Shown here in pieces: positions 61,919 through 64,000 of a DNA stretch of 64,000 nt. The notes below the pieces were generated by a model. It made no database searches, was not told the origin of the DNA, and saw nothing but the letters and a program-made list of their open reading frames with translations. Position numbers and translations under genes: made by a program. The stretch covers positions 152,917 to 216,916 of the forward strand of contig JAJVIG010000016.1 of assembly GCA_022072145.1 (NCBI GenBank), read 5' to 3'. This DNA is from Pseudomonadales bacterium (GTDB lineage: Bacteria; Pseudomonadota; Gammaproteobacteria; Pseudomonadales; UBA5518). The stretch's first letter is position 1, and each line of letters starts with the position of its first letter.

Positions 61919-61960
61919 GTTCGGCCTGTGGCCGAATGTTTGTCCGGGCACAGCCCGGAC
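61915..61960. repeat. two adjacent REP elements (one of each type)
   Basis: GTAG at 61915-61918, gttcggcc-tgt-ggccgaaT at 61919-61937 (one terminal mismatch), then gtccgggc-aca-gcccggac at 61942-61960. Confidence 0.8.
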
Positions 61961-62234
61961 CTTGTACCTTGATGACGGGCGTGTTTTTGTCATGCCCGCT
62001 TCCGGGGAAGCCGACCGGACCTTTGAGCAGCCTTGGCTGACTCCGCACGTAGAGTGGCTCCCCGCCCCATTCGACCAGCACGTGGAGTGTCGTTAGCCCC
62101 GCTGGGGAGCCTGTGTGACAAGGCCGTGTGATCGATCGTTGCGAGGTCGGGGAACCTGGAAGCCGATGTTACGGGCTTTACAGCGAGGTGCAATCCCATG
62201 GCCGCAATGGTTTCCATTCCTCTGGTGGCGCTAC

Positions 62235-62269
62235 GGCCGAACAAATGTCCGGGCACAGCCCGGACCTAC
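62235..62269. repeat. REP element plus a half-element
   Basis: Half-site ggccgaac at 62235-62242. Hairpin gtccgggc-aca-gcccggac at 62247-62265. CTAC at 62266-62269, whose complement TAG is the stop of the minus-strand chaperone gene. Confidence 0.8.
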
Positions 62270-62937
62270 ATCGTGGCCGGTCGGCGGGTGGACACCATCG
62301 GCACCACGCCGTGGGCATCGAGCGCCACGGCGAGGAAGCCTCCCAGCAAGCGGGCACAGGCGTCGTGGAACGGGTGCGCGGTGGCGGCGATGACGCGGTT
62401 ACTGAAACCGCGCATCCACGCCCCGGGATGGGCAACCAGGAAATCCGTCCGCGCACGCCGGAACGCCCCGGCATCGAGTCCGTGCCGCTGGTAGCGTTCC
62501 TGCTGGAACGCGAGGAAGTGCAGGAACTCGAGTTCGCTGACCAGGTGATCGGGCATCTCGCTCGGATTCCTCCCGAGCTTCAGTCCGAAATGCGTGTAGA
62601 AGCGCAGCACGCGTTCCATCACGTCCATGCGGTTGCCGCGGTGCTCGCCCTCGTGCAGCGAGCACAGCGGCGCGTCTCGGTTGCCGAAATGGAACAGCCG
62701 GCTGTACTCCACGGCGAGCGCCTCGCGCGTGACCTTGCCCTCGAACCCCGCCACCGGCAGCTCCGCCCACAGCTCGGGGGCGAGCGCGCCGAAGCTACCC
62801 TGCAGTCGCTGCTTCAACTCGCCGCTGGCGAGTTGCGCGGGAAGCGCCTCGTCCGGATGGTCGAACAGCCGCGCGAGCAGCGCCCACGCCTCGCTTTCCA
62901 GCGCCACCGGCCATGCCTTCGCCGCGGGCGCGCTCAT
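62266..62937 (-). CDS. TorD/NarJ/EbdD-type maturation chaperone (second copy)
   Basis: 223 aa. LAVEYSRLFHFGNRDAPLCSLHEGEH...MPDHLVSELEFLHFLAFQQ parallels 48391..49065. The ATGA overlap with the upstream alpha gene is at 62934-62937. Confidence 0.7.
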   Translation of the reverse strand: MSAPAAKAWPVALESEAWALLARLFDHPDEALPAQLASGELKQRLQGSFGALAPELWAELPVAGFEGKVTREALAVEYSRLFHFGNRDAPLCSLHEGEHRGNRMDVMERVLRFYTHFGLKLGRNPSEMPDHLVSELEFLHFLAFQQERYQRHGLDAGAFRRARTDFLVAHPGAWMRGFSNRVIAATAHPFHDACARLLGGFLAVALDAHGVVPMVSTRRPATM

Positions 62938-64000
62938 GCGCGCTCCACGCGTTCGATCTCGACGCGGGTGTCGCGATCGGAAGGCCCCGGCGTGGCGGCC
63001 AGCGGCAACGGTTGCAGGTGGAAATAGCCGCCGGCGAGCTGCAGCGGATTGATCGGGCTGGCGGTGACGGCCGCGTAGGATTTGCCGTCGCGGTACTGGA
63101 ACGGCTCCCAGGCATGGTGCTGCATCAGCTGCCCCGGCCGCAGGCCGGGCAGGATCGTCGCGCGGGTCTCGAAGGAATCGATGTCGTTGAACACGCGCAC
63201 CAGGTCACCGTCGGCGATGCCGCGCTGCAGCGCGTCGTCGCTGTTGATGAAGATCGTCGGCTCGCCGCGCTGCAGGCGCAGCAGGTTCGGATGGTCGCGC
63301 CAGCTGGCGTGGATCGACCAGCGCGTGTGCCCGCCGGTCATGCGCAGCGGATGGTCGCCGCCGATCGCCGGACTGTCCTTGTGCGTGGGCAGTTGCTCGC
63401 CCTGCTCCATGAAGAACGGGTGATCGATGTAGAACTGGATCCGGCGCGTCAGCGTGGGCCACGGCAGTTTCTTCTCCGTGTGCCAGGTGTTGGCCGTGAT
63501 CGTGGCGTCGGGGGCGATGTCGGTCGCGTTCGCGGTGTTGATCAGGCTGATGTCGAGCGCGGTATAGCGCGCGAAGCCCTTTCGCTTGAGTTCCTCCCAG
63601 CCGATGCCGCCCAGGTTCGTAGTCATCTCCAGGATGTCGGTCAGCAGCTGCTGGTCGCTGTGTTCGTCGTAGCGGCCGTGGAAGCCGAACTCGTCGAAAA
63701 CTTCGTCGAGGCGCCGCGACTGGCCCGCGCGATCGACGAATTCCCGGATGCCGCGTTCGATCGCGCGCTGCTGGATCGTCTTCAGCAACAGCGCGACGAA
63801 GGCCCAGTCGGATTTCGACTCCCCGAGCGGCGGCACCGCCTGCGAGACGATGTGCGCATACGGTGCCAGCGGCGTGGCCCAGGTGATGTCGTCCTTCTCG
63901 TACCAGCCCGCGGCCGGAAACACATAGTCGCTGTGCAGCGCCGTGTTGCTCATGCGCCAGTCGAGCGTGACCAGCAGGTCGAGCTCCGCGACGAAGGTCT
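62934..64000 (-). CDS. second EBDH/S25DH-like molybdopterin alpha subunit (only the C-terminal ~355 codons are in the window)
   Basis: The reading frame continues upstream of the track Met (...TFVAELDLLVTLDWRMSNTALHSDYVFPAAGWYEKDD). GDHPLRMTGGHTRWSIHASWRD, LQRGEPTIFINSDDA, LAGGYFHLQP...DRDTRVEIERV. Confidence 0.85.
   Translation of the reverse strand, partial: TFVAELDLLVTLDWRMSNTALHSDYVFPAAGWYEKDDITWATPLAPYAHIVSQAVPPLGESKSDWAFVALLLKTIQQRAIERGIREFVDRAGQSRRLDEVFDEFGFHGRYDEHSDQQLLTDILEMTTNLGGIGWEELKRKGFARYTALDISLINTANATDIAPDATITANTWHTEKKLPWPTLTRRIQFYIDHPFFMEQGEQLPTHKDSPAIGGDHPLRMTGGHTRWSIHASWRDHPNLLRLQRGEPTIFINSDDALQRGIADGDLVRVFNDIDSFETRATILPGLRPGQLMQHHAWEPFQYRDGKSYAAVTASPINPLQLAGGYFHLQPLPLAATPGPSDRDTRVEIERVERA

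Noticed and set aside
61990-62050. SRP (4.5S) RNA-like stretch (..ccggacc...agcagcc..ggc)
   Set aside because: The order and spacing do not match the conserved GGUCCGGAAGGAAGCAGCCAAGG domain IV, and there is no GGAA tetraloop in the right context.
62140-62234. Cobalamin-riboswitch-like fragments (ggtgcaatcc...cgcaatggt)
   Set aside because: The resemblance is partial and there is no B12 box. No gene lies downstream on either strand for it to regulate, because the region sits between convergent genes.

Overview
Very GC-rich (about two-thirds G+C by eye, not computed), gene-dense chromosomal segment of gammaproteobacterial type. A Nevskiales/Xanthomonadales-like host is a low-confidence guess from synteny and repeat style. 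I saw no rRNA, tRNA, CRISPR, IS, integrase or prophage signatures. Many very long ORFs in the track (up to 1547 aa) are antisense artefacts of the GC content, because the opposite strand always encodes the recognisable protein. Layout: (i) 1-13.5 kb is a housekeeping core with E. coli-like synteny: ftsK / trxB, aat-bpt, infA / clpA-clpS / cspD / icd / Nudix-mnmA-hflD-purB. (ii) 13.5-57 kb is a dense lipid/sterol-type catabolic region. It holds two paralogous TonB-dependent receptors, two divergent secreted DUF3604 paralogues, and two adjacent acyl-CoA dehydrogenases. It also holds two AMP-ligases, a family-III CoA-transferase, a racemase, three SDRs, a sulfotransferase + DUF1214-like pair, an LLM oxidoreductase, TetR and LysR regulators, a Cys-less thiolase-like protein + DUF35, and a KstD-like flavoprotein. 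(iii) The most interesting element is at 41-51.5 kb. A TonB receptor is followed by a Tat-exported, ethylbenzene-dehydrogenase / steroid-C25-dehydrogenase-like type II molybdoenzyme. Its genes are in the unusual order gamma-beta-alpha-delta, followed directly by an APH-family kinase and a DUF protein. A second paralogous alpha+delta pair lies at the right window edge. (iv) 57-61 kb carries a hook-less SbcCD-like nuclease/ATPase pair, followed by a PEP-CTERM protein. Intergenic regions in the right third contain a family of GTAG-headed palindromic REP elements whose TAG serves as the stop codon of at least five genes. All functional calls rest on motif recognition by eye. No database search was possible.
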